A DNA stretch of 64,000 nucleotides from Mobula hypostoma. Lineage: Eukaryota. Numbering within the stretch: position 1 is the stretch's first letter; every line of letters starts with the position of its first letter. The stretch is taken from positions 142,478,001 through 142,542,000 of the forward strand of contig NC_086097.1 of NCBI RefSeq assembly GCF_963921235.1, in the 5' to 3' direction. The notes under the pieces are model-generated. The model was not told where the DNA came from, searched no databases, and saw only the letters and a program-made list of their open reading frames with translations. The position numbers were made by a program, and so were the translations under genes. Shown here piece by piece: positions 1 to 34,299 of the stretch.

Positions 1-2659
1 AGGAAAGGTGGAAAAAGGGGTTAGAAGCATAAGAGCACACTGTCAGCACAGACCAGCTGAGCTCAGTGGCTGCTTTGTATGTGATAGATTTTATGGAATT
101 CTTTACTAAATGATTGAATCTAGGAGATTTATGAAAAGGGAAACAGTTCTTCTACAGTCTGAAATAAATCAACTGACCAATGACAAGATGGCATTTGGAT
201 TTAAAAGTGAAGAAAAACATGTAAAAATTAGGTAATGCAGACAGTGCTCCTACAATTTCAGAAATAAATATACTAATTACCACAGAGCAGACACCACAGA
301 TTGGAAGCAGGTTAGAAGGAAGAAGTAATAGATGACTGTAGTTTACTTGAGCCATCTTATTAAGAGACAAAGACTGAGGATCTGTGCATACAAGGAATAG
401 AATACTCCTAATTGCATGGTTTTCCAACACTTCCCACTGTTGGCCAACAATTTGAACTAAGAATACTGCTTACTAGACACCAATTTGTATATACTAGAAG
501 GTTACACACCATGGGTGATTAAGCAATCAAACTTTGAGCTATAGTCCAAAGAACTGGTAACATCCTGCTAATAATAAATAAAACACAGATTCATATGATT
601 TGGCTCAGTACGGATGCACATAATTTATTAGTTTTTACATTGAAAACATTCATGTATTTCAAAATAATCTGGTAATCAAGATACTGTTTACACCTCCGAG
701 AAAGGATATATATTTCATTCATGAACTGAAGTGTGACCTATCATTTGCTAGGGGGTTGTCATAAACATACTACAAATAGAAATATGTTTCCATGTTGTCC
801 ATATTCCATGCAAGAGATCTCCATTAGCCACTTTCTGATGGTGACAAACTTATATTTCCATCTTAATCTTTCCAAGTCAGAGAAATGTCCTCACGCTGGA
901 TATGAGGAGGAATATGGAAGCACAGGGATCAAATTATCCTCACATTTCACCTTTCTATTGCACCTTTAATGTAGTAAAATATCCATAGACTCAAGAAAGA
1001 TCACACCTTGAACTGCAGTGTCAAAAATCAGAAAAGTCATTAAAGGAGTGTATTACGAATGAACAAGTTGTTCAGTAACATTGCTTCCCACAAGCTCCCA
1101 CTACAGTCCAGTAAAGGTCACTAGCTAAGGACTCAGTTCAGGTGTCCTGTGGAAAGTGCATTGTTCAGTTAATCTTTATCAACCACATTAAATGACAAAA
1201 AGATACAAGTGTAAGGTTAGTAGAATAATGACTAGAAAACTCATACAGACTCTCAAGTCTGATAGAACTAAACATTCTATAACATAAACACAGAAAAGTA
1301 CTTGTGTACCCTTAATTAGGTTTGAACTATCCTTCTGGGAACCTTACATTTAAAAGAAATTACATTGAACATAGGTCCCAAGCAGTGCAAAAAAAAATTA
1401 TGTGTTCCAGAGATAACTGCGTGGAGATTATAAAGTTTTTTTTTGTAACAAAAACTTTAATAGTTATTCCACACTGCAATCCATTTGGTAGAAGTCTCTC
1501 CCAGTCACATTTTCAAGTCTAATACTTAAAAATTTGAAGCAACATATGAAATGCAGAATGAATGAGAAGAATTTGTAATACCAACACTTTATATGAGAAT
1601 ATATTTAAAAAGGAAACATTCTGGATTGTAGGGAAAAAGCAGGAGAATAGGATCAAATGAATTAAGTACCTGCACAGTCATGATGGGCAGAGTAGTCATT
1701 TACTTTTTGATCTGAAGTTTTCTTTTTGATCTGAAATGAACTGTATTTCAATGAGATATAGTTTCTCTGGTGTATTTTATCAGATCTAACCAGTTGTGGT
1801 AGAGACCAATGTGCAACAACAGGCACACTTTGTGATGTGAATTAACCATTTCCAGCTGTTGAATGCAACCGTGATATCAACAAGACCCGAAAGTTATTTA
1901 CAAACAGAGCAAAGACAGGGGTAACAGATATCCAAAACTCCCCCCATGTGCAGGGAAGAGAATGACAGAAATCACTTCCATTTTTATTCATGAGCTAAGG
2001 TTTACTGTTAGCATATATTAAGGATAACTATATAGTGGCAGCAAAACACAGACACTTACCATTAAACTGTGTAAAGTGAGGACTGACATCTACTGAAGTA
2101 GATGAAAACAAAACAAAATGCTAGAAAGTAATTTTGGTGTAACAATATTATCTAGAGACTGTAATATCTGAACCTCGATTGCAATCTCATCACTCTGACA
2201 ATCAATTACATTCAATAAATAAATGAACTCAATCCCCTAATCAACACAAAATGCTGGAAGAACCCCTTAATTAGATTTGAGTGGAATTCACTACTGAATA
2301 CCTGTTCTACAAATTAACTATCCAAGCACTTCAAATTTTTACTCCAAATATTTCATTAGTACATAGTAGTTAACAGTACAATATTAAGAATAGAATGCAA
2401 TTAAGACAAAGAAATTAATTATGTAATATACCTCCAGGAGGAAAAGTATCCCACAGCAGCAAAATTAAGCTAAATGTTATCTTCCTGCTTAAAACAACCT
2501 CTTTAGATACCCTCATACTTGCAAAGACAGCATCTATAATCATACAGCCAGTGGTTTTTTGTTGAACAAAATATTGCAGGTGGTTTATATACACATCACA
2601 TCCATTCTAACATATGGAAAACTTAACTACACCCCACTCCCATCTATCCAGCTATTGAA

Positions 2660-4052
2660 ATGTAGTTATTGTAGTGCATTTAGAGATTAGCACATATGAT
2701 AGTGTGGGCATCGCTGAGACGGGGTCGAAAGAAGATCATAGTTGGGAGCTTAACATCCAAGGATACACCTTGTATCGAAAGGACTGGTGGGTAGGCAGAG
2801 CAGGTGGGGTGGCTCCGTTGGTAAAAAATGAAATCAAATCCTTAGAGTGGTGACATAAGGTCATAAGGTGTAGAATCCTTCTGGGTAAAGTTAAGAAGTT
2901 GCAAGGGTGAAAAAGGCCCTGATGGGAGTTATATACAGGCCCCTGAACAAGATAAGGGCTCATGGTATTACAGGAAAGATACTAGCATGGATAGAAGATT
3001 GGCTGAATGGCAGGAGGCAAAGAGTCGGAACAAAGGAGGCCTATTCTGGTTGGCTGCCAAATGGTGTTCTGCAGGGGCCGGTATTAGGACCGTTTCTTTT
3101 CATACTATACAGCACGACAACGATTTGGCTGATGGAACTGATAGTTCTGTGGACAAGTTTGCAGGCGATACAGACATAGGTGGTAGAGCAGGTAGGGTTG
3201 AGGAAGCAGAGAGTCTGCAGAAGAATTTGGACAGCTTGGGAGAATGGGCAAAGTGGTAGATGGAATATAATGTAGGGAAGTGTACGGTCATGCACCTTGG
3301 TAGAAGGAATAATGGTGTAAACTATTTTAGAAATAGGGAGAAAATTCAAATATCAGTGGTGCAAAGGGACTTGGGAGTCCTTGTGAAGGGTCCCCTAAAG
3401 GTTAACTAGCAGGCTGAGTTGGTGATAAGGAAAGCAAATGCAATGTTAGCATTCATTCCATGAGAATTAGAATATAAAAAGTGTCATGCTGAGGTTTTAT
3501 AAGGCATTAGCCAGATGGCATTTGGAGTATTGTATGAAGTTTTGGGCCTCTTATTTAAGAAAAGATGAGCTGGCATAGATTGGGGTCCCAAGAATGGTCC
3601 CAGGAATGAAAGGGTTAACTTACGAGGAGCATTTGTTGGCTTTCACTGTACTCACTGGAATTTAGAAGAATGAGGAGGGGGGATGTCTCTGAAATATATT
3701 GAACATTGAAAGGCCTGGAAAGGGTGGATGTGGAGAGGATATTTTCTCTTGTGGGAGAGTCTGGGATTAGAGGGCACACCTCAGAATAGAGGGATGACCA
3801 TTTAGAACAGAGAGAAGGAATTTCTTTAGCCAGAGGATGGTGAATCTGTGGAATTCATTGCCACAGATGGCTGTGGAGACCAAGTTATTGAGTATATTTA
3901 AAACAGAGGTTGCTAGGACTTGGTTAGTCAGGGCGTCAAAGGTTTCAGGGAGAAGGCAGGAAAATGGGACTGAGAGGGAAGTGAATCAGTCTGATTAAAT
4001 GGCGGAGCAGACTCGATGGGCCAAATAGCCTAATTCTTCTCCTATGTTTTAT
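2660..4052 (+). mobile_element. CR1-type LINE relic, internally deleted
   Basis: Endonuclease-like start (..GGVAPLVKNEIK..GVIYRP) joined at about 2945 directly to RT (KIRAHGITGKILAWIEDWL, KFAGDT), followed by CR1 3' end. Confidence 0.8.
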
Positions 4053-5414
4053 GCTGCCACTTTCCATAAAATTCAGCAAACTGAGGAACAATCTCCCTCT
4101 GTACCAGGATCTCACCTGTGTCCCTCAACATCTTTGAACTTATGCAAGTCAAGCTTTTATATTCCATTGCTTAATCCAACATGGCAATTTCAACCAGAGA
4201 GATCTTAGAAATCCAAATGGAGATCACTAACAAACATCTTGGTGAAAGACCTGTTGCAGAATTTTGATTTTCTGCATGGGTTATGGTCATTTTTGAACTG
4301 CACCCACACAAGCTACAGTAGACGTGGGTAAATGTCACAAATAGAAAATAAGAACTTCTCCTGTGTGGGATTATGGTCATCAACACATGACATTTCAATA
4401 GCTGACTCACAAACATTAAGAATGTATTGTAGTGTTATATTCAGCCACCACTGTACAATTATCTGGCTCAAACATTCACACGTAAAATCATACACACGCC
4501 CTTTAAAGGGAGTTCATGACCAATGATTAATTCTAATCAGATATTCATTCTTGACATTACTCTAACAAACAAGGAAAGAAAAGTGAAGACCTATGTTAAA
4601 TATCAAGATTGTTGTAAACATTGAAAATCTTGACGGAATTTCCAAAGGACAAATAGCACATGAATTAAGGTTGAATTAGAAGAGGAGTGAGACAAAGGTT
4701 AGAATCAGAAAACTGAATTATCATATATGTGCAAATTTTATCTGGTTTAGGAACAGTAGCAGACTGCATTAAAAATCATCCTAGAAATGTATAAACAGAC
4801 TCTTCCACATTTGAACACTAACACATTCATACAAAATTAGAGTATTCTAACAAATATTAACAGGGCATAAAATTCTATTATCTTTACAACTTGTATCAGT
4901 AACTAGACAAACATATATGCATCAAACAATCAACCTTTCTGAAATGGTAGATTGCCCATTAGCCACGGACACAAGGAAGACATGGAGCACCCCTAGCAAA
5001 ACTGAAGAAGAACTCCCTTTGGAATGCTAATTTAGTACTTCCCACACAGATCCTGATGCTGATAGAAAGCACCTAATCCATGACAAAACTAGTTTGAGGG
5101 ACTCCTTTAATTGTACAATTTTCTGCATAATTACAGAAACAAATGATTAATAAGTTAATTTGGTTTTTTAATAGACATTTATAAGTGATTTATTATTTTA
5201 CTAAATGGATGCCTTTAAAACACCTGCAGACTGAACATTGATGACTAGGAAGTACTAGCAACAGCTGCCAGTCTTTGTTAAGAGATTGTAATAGTCATTG
5301 GACACCACCAATGAGCCATCAAAAATGGTGTCTAATTTTCACCCCACAAACGTACCATTGTTTTGACACAGGTACCAAGTACTAGACTCCCCGATATAGA
5401 GAACGTTGACTGCC

Positions 5415-26066
<20,652 letters not shown>

Positions 26067-26555
26067 CTTCCCTGAACCAAACGTCACGTCCGGCACAGAT
26101 TAACTACCACGTGACCTGTGCCGGCCGACAGGTGGTTTAACTTCCGGTTTGCCTTCGCTCCCATTTCGCTTCGCCGCTCTTTGAGCACGGAGGGAACGTC
26201 ATCAAATCCTCCGCTTTGGAGAAAACGGAAAGAGCAGGCAGATGAAGTTATTGATGAAGACGTGCTGACTGCTGACAACCCAAATAGCTTTCCAAATTCA
26301 CTAGTGTTATTTCTTATGCACAACACTGCCCCACACTTCTAAATCTGCCAAGGTCAAGCCTCCGCCTTTGAAAATAGGAGCAGGGATAGGCTATACGACG
26401 ATTCAAACCTGCTACAATCCTGATTTATCGTCCAAATCCACTTCCCTATTCCTGTGATACCCCTGATCTCTTTCACCCTTAAGTTTCAGCTGACTCCTTA
26501 AATAAATATAATAATTTGTTTTTATCTTCCTTATTGAAGGTATTCCTCTAAACCT

Positions 26556-26848
26556 CAGATAGTCAGAGGCTTTTTCCCAGGGCTGAAATGGCTGGCACGA
26601 GAGGGTATAGTTTTAAGGTACTTGGAAGTAGGTACAGAGGAGATGTCAGGGGTAAATTTTTTACGCAGAGAGTGGTGAGTGCGTTGAATGGGCTGCCGAC
26701 GGTGGTGGTGGTGGAGGCGGAAGCAATAGGGTCTTTTAAGAGTCTCCTGGGTAGGTACCTGGAGCTTAGAAAAATAGAGGGCTAAGGGTAAGCCTTGTGG
26801 GCGGAAGAGCCTGTATTGTGCTGCAGGTTTTCTGTGTTTCTATGTTTG
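26556..26848 (+). mobile_element. CR1-type LINE 3' fragment
   Basis: TRGYSFKVLGSRYRGDVRGKFFTQRVV..LP C-terminal motif. Confidence 0.75.
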
Positions 26849-26994
26849 CTTAAATTAGATTCCCCTATAGTATCTAATTCTGTACTTTTCCATCATCAAG
26901 AACTTGTTTTCCCACAGATGTCTATTCAGAACGTTGAGATTTTCTATGTCTCAATGTGGTCCCCTCTCCTTCTAAACTTTAGGATGAGGCAAAT

Positions 26995-28650
26995 GTGACG
27001 GACAAGGCAAGTCAAAGACCACATTAAAGGAAAAGAGATGGCATATAGCAAACAACACACATCAAAGTTGCTGGTGAACGCAGCAGGCCAGGCAGCATCT
27101 ATAGGAAGAGGTGCAGTCGACGTTCCAGGCCGAGACCCTTCGTCAGCATCTGCAGAATTCCTGTTGTTGGCATATAGCAAAAGTTAGCGGGAAGTTAAAG
27201 GATTAGGATGCTTTTACAAATCAACAGAAGACAATGAAAATGAAAGAAAAGATGAAATATGAAGGTAAGCTGAGCTAAAAATATAAAATAGGATACCAAA
27301 AGTTTTTTTCAGATATATAATGAGTAACAGAGAGGTTGTAACAGTGGAAAATAATGCTGGAGAGGTAGTAATGGGGGACAAAGAAATGGTAAACAAACTT
27401 AATAGGTATTTTCTGACCGTCTAGTTGGCCTTCAGCATGGAAGACTCCAGCAGTATGCCAGAAATTCGAGCATGTGGGAGAGGTGAGTGTAATTTGCTAT
27501 TACTAGGGAGAAGGTACTTGGGAAACTGAACGGTCTGAAGGGAGGTAAGTCACCTTGACCAGACGGACTACACACTAGGGTTCTGAAACAGGTAGCTGAA
27601 GAGATTGTGGAGGTAGTAGTAATGATCTTTCAAGGATCACTAGATTCTGGAATGGTTCCGGAGCACTGGAAAATTGCATATGTTACTTCATTTTTTAAGA
27701 AGGGAGGGAAGCAGAAGAAAGGAAATTATAGGCCAGTTAGCCTGACTCCAGTGGTTAGGAAGAGTTCATTACTAAGGGTGAGGTTTTGGGCTACTTGGAG
27801 GCACATGGTAAAATAGGCCAAAGACAGCATGGTTCCTTAAGGGAAAAAATTACCTGACAAATCAGTTAAAATTCTTTGAGAAAATAACTGGTAAGATGGA
27901 CAAAGGAGAGTCAGTAGAGGTTGTTCACTTGGATTTTCAGAAGGCATTTGACAAGGTGCTGCATATGAGGTGGCTTAACAAGATAAGAGCTTGTGTTAAT
28001 TTGCAGGTTGAGTCAGTGGTAAAGAAGGCAAATGCAATGTTAGCATTCATTTTGAGAGAACTAAAAGATAAGAGCAAGGATGTAACTCTGAGGCTTTATA
28101 AGGCATTGGTCGGACCGCAATTGAGTATTATGATCAGTTTTGGGCCCCTTATTGAAGAAAAGATGTGCTGGCATTGGGGAGGGTACAGAGGACGTTCACA
28201 GGAATGATTCTGGGATTGAAAGGGTAAAGTGTGAGGAGCATTTGAACGCTCTGGGCCCGTACTTGCTGGAGCTTTGAAGAATAAGGGGGGTCTCATTGAA
28301 ACCTATTGAATGTTGAAAGGCCTAGACAGAGTGGACGTGGAGAGGATGTTTCCTATAGAGGGTGAGCTTAGGACCAGAGGGCACAGGCTCAGAATAGAAG
28401 AATATTCATTTAGATGAGCTGGAATTTCTTTAGCCAGAGGGTGGTGAATCTGTGGAATTCATTGCCATGGACAGCTGTGGAGGCCAAGTCATTGAGTATA
28501 TTTAAAGTGGAATTATTCAGGGTGTCGAAGGTTACAGGGAGAAGGCAGGAGAATAGGGTTGAGAGAGATAATGAATCAGCCATGATGGAATGGCAGAGCA
28601 GAGCAGGACTGGCTCATGGGCCGAGTGACCTAACTCTCTCTATGTCTTAG
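26995..28650 (+). mobile_element. CR1-type LINE relic, internally deleted, with a Penelope-derived insert
   Basis: [43 protein letters not shown]. Confidence 0.82.
27053..27167. mobile_element. 115-bp Penelope-derived insertion with a hammerhead motif (-)
   Basis: Perfect 14-bp TSD TGGCATATAGCAAA at 27039-27052 and 27168-27181. Confidence 0.85.
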
Positions 28651-30595
28651 TAAACTCAATAGTCCGAATCCCTTGGTATGCAAGTCCTGCCATCCCAAGA
28701 ATCAATCGTTTGCTTTTGCAAATAATGGGTGTCTGGTTTTTTTTCATCACTGCATCTAAAGTCCTTAGGCAATCTATTTTTCTCCCTAATTTTCTTGTCC
28801 TAATTCTTTGATTTCGTAGATCATGCAAAGATGGATGATGATTGTGTGATTGCACTGGAAGGACTGGTCAAGTTAAAAATGCAAATGCATGAAAACTGAA
28901 ATAAAGATAGGAAAGGCTGAAAATAATCAGTAAGCCACGTGTATCTGTGAAGAGAAAAGCAGTGCTAATGGTTCTGGATCAGAGTTGGGAAAAGTTAAAT
29001 TAGAACTCAAACGTATTTTAAAATGCTGAGAAGGCATATACTGAAGCGAACATCTAGAAGATCTGTGATAGGGGAATTGCAACAGGACTGAAAGAGGATG
29101 TTCTGCAGAGTGATCATGCACTCTTTTTCGGTATTGATGTTGGTTTATTATTGTCACATGTACAAGGATACTGTGAAAAGCTTGTTTATACTGTTAAAAT
29201 CATTACACAGTGCATTGAGCTGAAATAATATAAAACAATAACAATGCAGAATAAAGTGTAAAAGATACTAAAAAATTGCAATGCAGGTAAACAATAAAGT
29301 GCAAGATGATAACATGGTAGATTGTGAGGCCAAGAGTCCATCTTATTGTAGAAGAGGTTGTGATATGCTGAGCTGTGTTCGTAATTCTCTGCAGTTTCCT
29401 GCAGTCATGTTCAGATCAGTTGCCATACCAAGCTGTTATACATCCAGGAAGAATACTTGGTTTCTACAGAGAGCATATTATGAGCATTGAATACAGAATC
29501 TAAACTGGAAGAAGTGCAAATGAATTGCTACTTCCTCTGGGTTTCTTGGAAAGGAAACAGGGTAAAAGGCGAGCCTTGCAGTTCTTGGCAGGAGCATGAG
29601 AAGGTGTCACGTGATTGTTGTTGGAGTGGACAAAACTGAATTGTTTTCTCTGGAGTGTCGGAGGCTGATGGACAACCTAATACAGTAGAAGTATATAAAA
29701 TTTTGAGAGCCATAGATAGACGTTTTTGCAGGGTAGAGATATAAAATATTCAAGAGTTTAGCTTTAAGGTGAGAAGGGAAATGTTTAAAAGAGATCTCCT
29801 GGGCAGATCTTTTACACAGAGAGTGATAGGTACCTGGAACGCATTACCAGGGAAGCAGTGTAAGCGAGTGCGATGGTGCTGTTTGAGAGGACCTTGGACA
29901 AGAGAATGGAGAGAATGTAAAATGTGTGCAGCCAGGTGGGATTAGCTGGACTGGCATCATGGGCCGAAGCTTCATCCTGTGTTGCGCTGCACCATACCGC
30001 GTTCTATGGAGTCATGGAGGAAAATGGTCCCTGAAAGCCGTGAGAAAAGGAAGACTTGCCTGGTGGTGGCATTGTGTTACAGGGGGCAGAAATTATGGAG
30101 CAGGAACGTGGAGATTGGTGGATGAAAGACGACAACAGGGAAAAGCTTATTCTGCCTTTCTTAGGTGAGAGCAATAGGGCTGGAGAATGGATCAGATGCA
30201 GTCAACGATGGTCGAGAGAAAGCCACGGTGAAGGAAAAAAAAACAAAATCATGTTGGAAGCACTGACGTGGAATGTGTTGGCATCAGAAATTATGTTTAT
30301 GTAACAAAAGAAACTGGGAGAATGAAATAGAGTCCTCAGAGAAAGCAGGGTTGAAGGAGGTGGAGTTGAGAGGAAAGCTAGGGTAGAGTAAATTGCTTCT
30401 GCTGGTAGGGGAGACTGAAATGAAATATACAAAATCTTGACGGGCTTGGCTGGGATAAATAGAAAGAAATTACAGGTGACACTGTGTAACACTAATCTTG
30501 TTTACCTTTACATGGTTTACCCAAAAATCAATATACGGAATAAGATTTGCCCTTATGAAAGTGAAAAAAGTAAATAAATTGACACAAATTGATTT

Positions 30596-31413
30596 TCAAC
30601 TTGCTTTACTCAACACATGAGCATATGACCCAGCTTTGCATTATGGAAAATTGTACTGTGGTGTATATTCTAGGAATGTAACTCCCCTGCAAAATAGGTG
30701 TCACCAAAGGGACAAAACCCAGGGATATAGGCTTAGAGTAACTGTTAGAAGATTTAGAGGGGAAATGAGGAAAATGTTTTTGGCCAGATGATACTAAGAT
30801 TCTGGAGAAACTGCAGAAGCTCTCATTGTACCTAAAGTGTATCTAGGTATGTATCTGAAGAGATGAGGGATTTTGGATCTGGTGCCTGGTCATGGATTTA
30901 GGGTGTGCAGCTTTGGTTTGACCAGCACAGATAAAATGGGCCAAACGGCCTCTCTAATATTGCAGACTTTCCATGATTCTGCAACTCACCATTCTGCTTC
31001 CAGTTGATCCTGAGCCTTTCAGACTATGGGTAGTGGCGACACAGTTCTCCAGTGACCGGTACAGATGCTCTGATTACAGCCTGCAGCCTAATACAAATAA
31101 GTTCAGGAGTGCTCAGGCAGACCCAAGTTTGAGTGGCCAAGTGTTCACTGAAATGTCTCTGGATGGTTGTTAGTGTTCAACACCGGAGATTTTCCTTGTT
31201 ATGTTCACAGCCATTTCTCTCAGCTCATTGCTGTCTTTCTGGTGTCAGGCCCGCAACTTTTTTCCCCCCACATAAACATGTAGAAGAATAATTTTGTCCC
31301 TTTGGTGACACCTATATTGCAGGGGTGTTTTGTTCCTAGAATATACATCATAGCATGATTTTCCATAATGCAAAGCTGGGTCATCTGTTCATGAGTCGAG
31401 AAAAGGAAGTTGA
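30596..31413. repeat. About 122-bp inverted repeat pair (30596-30717 and 31292-31413) with a 574-bp spacer
   Basis: ATGACCCAGCTTTGCATTATGGAAAAT...ATAGGTGTCACCAAAGGGACAAAA and its reverse complement, roughly 80% identical by eye. Confidence 0.9.
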
Positions 31414-34150
31414 GAACAGCTTCTTCCCTTCTGCCATCCGACTTCTAAATTGACTTTGAACCCATGAACACTACCTCACTTTTTTATTATTTCAGCTTTT
31501 GCACAATATTTAAATTAACTATTTTATTTATATATCCTGTAATTGATTTATTTATTTTCTAGATTCATCATGCATTGCATTGTACTGCTGCTGCTAAGTT
31601 AACATGGATACAGGCAGTCGTCTCAAGTGAGGAGTTTGTGTGGAGATGCAGCTTCCCTGGAGGTGGAGGAAAGAGGACACACCAACAGGTGGAATCAGCT
31701 GTGGGAAGACATGGTTTGTCAGGTCTGACGACGAGCTGAATGTACCATTACCTTCAGACTGAATCAGAAAACCATTCTGAGGGTATTTGAAATGTCAGAA
31801 GCAGGGGAGATGTGATCACATGTGCAGAGGGCAGGGGTTATGTCTCCATCAGACCCTCAGTGAGATGGTTCAGGTTACAACGTGCAGAGATGAAAACACA
31901 GTGTTTGGTACCGGATTTAATCATTGATTCTGACACAGTGAGAGGGTTAGTTTTGTTGTAAGGAGGGAACATTACTGCCCCCTTACTGTCTTCCCTCTCC
32001 ACCCCGTCTTCCCTCTCACCCCCACATTGGACACAAGTTCAGGGTGAAAGTGAATTCTTTGAGGGGAGTCTGAAGGGGAATTCTTCATTCAGAGGTTGGT
32101 GGGAGTGTGGAATGAGCTGCCAGCGGAAGTTGTGGATGTGGGTTTGATTTAGACACTAAACAGAAATTTGGGTGATGAGATGGATGGGAGGTGTATGGAG
32201 GCTATGGTGCACATAGTTGGAACTAGGCAATAAAAACATAAACAGGTCAGCATTGACTAGAAGGGCCGAAGGGCCTGTTTCAGCTGCTGGGCTCTGTGAC
32301 TCTGTGACTCTAATATGCCGGTGATAGTAAACCTGATTCTGATTCTGAACATAAGTTTGTGTCAATTTATTTACTTTTGAGTCCTGAAGAAGAGTCTCAG
32401 CCCAAGCTTCGACAGTTTATTCATTTCCATACGTGCTGCCTAACCTGCTAGGTTCCTCCAGTGTTTTGTGTGTGTTGCTGTAGAAGAATAAAACCAGAAT
32501 TACTCTGATCTCCACATCCAAACTACAGGTGGTGGGACATACACTACAGCTTGGATTTGAGGCATGTATGTGCAGACTTCCTGCTGGTATGGTAACAGGT
32601 CCTGCATGAAACACTTCTCTCTGTAGGTGATGCCTCGCCCATGTTGTGTGTCGCTCATGAATGGTGAGTTGTTTCATAGGACTAAAGTGTGGGTGCGTTC
32701 CCAGGGTAATTCCTGACAAGTACTGTAGTATTTCAAGTTTTCTGATGTCCTAATCAAAACTCTGAAGGGTATTGATAATGGCTGGGGTTACCCGTCTTGA
32801 AAGACGCTGCCCAGAAGAAGGCAATGCCAAACCACTTCAGTAGTAAAATTTTCGAAGAGCAATCATGGTAATGGATAGACGACATCATTTGACACAACAC
32901 CTGATGATGATGGTGATGAATCAAAACTTAAATCACATGCAACACCAGAACATATCATGTGGCCGTATATTTGCTATTGACAATACTTTGCGCTTTCCAT
33001 CTTTGTCTTCTTAAATTCAGTTGTGTATGTTTCTTTTGAAAATCAATTTAGGGACAGTCCCTTGACTCACTGCAACATTAAATCTTTGTGTCTAACATGA
33101 GCTTTGAAGTGAATTATCCTGAAAGGGACAGACAGTGAAAAGGTAAAACAGTATGAAACAGAATGATTGTATAGCCTATTCCTTACATTTAAATATAGCT
33201 ATGCTTTTAGTTTGGATGTGTAAGACTTTATTTTCACCACTAATTGTAATGCATAACAGGTACCAGATTCTGCCTTCATCCAATTTATAAACGCTGACTT
33301 GCCTTGCATAATTTTAATCTTAATAAACCCACATACAGGAGAAGCCTTTGGGATGAATGTAAAGTTTTAATTTGTTGGGAGGGGCAGCAATATTTTTGTA
33401 TACCTCTCAGGGGAAGTTCAGGGGAGCCTGATGTAGCTTGGCAAATTGACTCCTCCTTTGATTTGTACACCATGTCGCTGTTTATTAGATCCAGTAACAT
33501 TTATTGATGGCCTCATCAATATGTCCAGATGCCTTTAACTTTGTTAACATTAAACCATTTTCCTTCTGAGGGAGATCCTCGAGATCTAGGATGATTTGCT
33601 TTCACTCTGGTTTTGTGGGTTCTGGGTTACTTCTAAGGTGGTGAAAACCAGATTTTGCCACAAAACCATAAATGGTTGACAGGGTGGGTGGTAATTTGTG
33701 AGGTGGTGTTCTCCTCTTGCTGTTTATATCATATGCGCTTTGCGTGCTCCCAGTGCATGGGCTTGAAATTAATGCCATAAAACTTCCAAACTTATCATTG
33801 CTGTTCAGTGTTGGTGTATTAGCTTTGTGGTGGGGATGGAATGTTCTGCAGCTTCCTAAAGTTAAATATTAACCTTGAGGACACTATTGTGAGCAACTTA
33901 GGAGGGAAAAAATAATGGGGCAATAGAGTGGTAGGAGGAAGACTGTTTCATGATGGTCAAGAATCCTCCAATCAGGTAACAAGAAATCTTTCTACCTCCC
34001 ATGGAGTAGTTGCTGTGTAGATCGATGTGTCAGGCAACTAGAGTGGCAGGTTTTCATAACAAATCAATGTCATTGACCTAAAGAAAATGCACTACCTGAC
34101 AAAGTCATTGATCAGAGTTTGTGCTTTTACTCTAGGGATCAAAAGAAGCC

Positions 34151-34299
34151 ATGGTTTCTGTCGCATCAATCCAGCAACTTTTCACCCCAGCGTTCACTGT
34201 GGACATCCAGAAGGTTAAAAGTAATGCCAGGAAAATGACTGAGCGATGTCAGACTCTGGGAGTTCAGCTCAGGCCACATATGAAAACTCACAAGACTCT
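34151..34299 (+). CDS. D-serine dehydratase-like, first coding exon (exon begins at about 34136 after an AG acceptor)
   Basis: Kozak GCCATGG at 34151; [49 protein letters not shown]; donor GTAAGT; acceptor CTCTAG at 34134-34135 implies an upstream non-coding exon. Confidence 0.9.
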
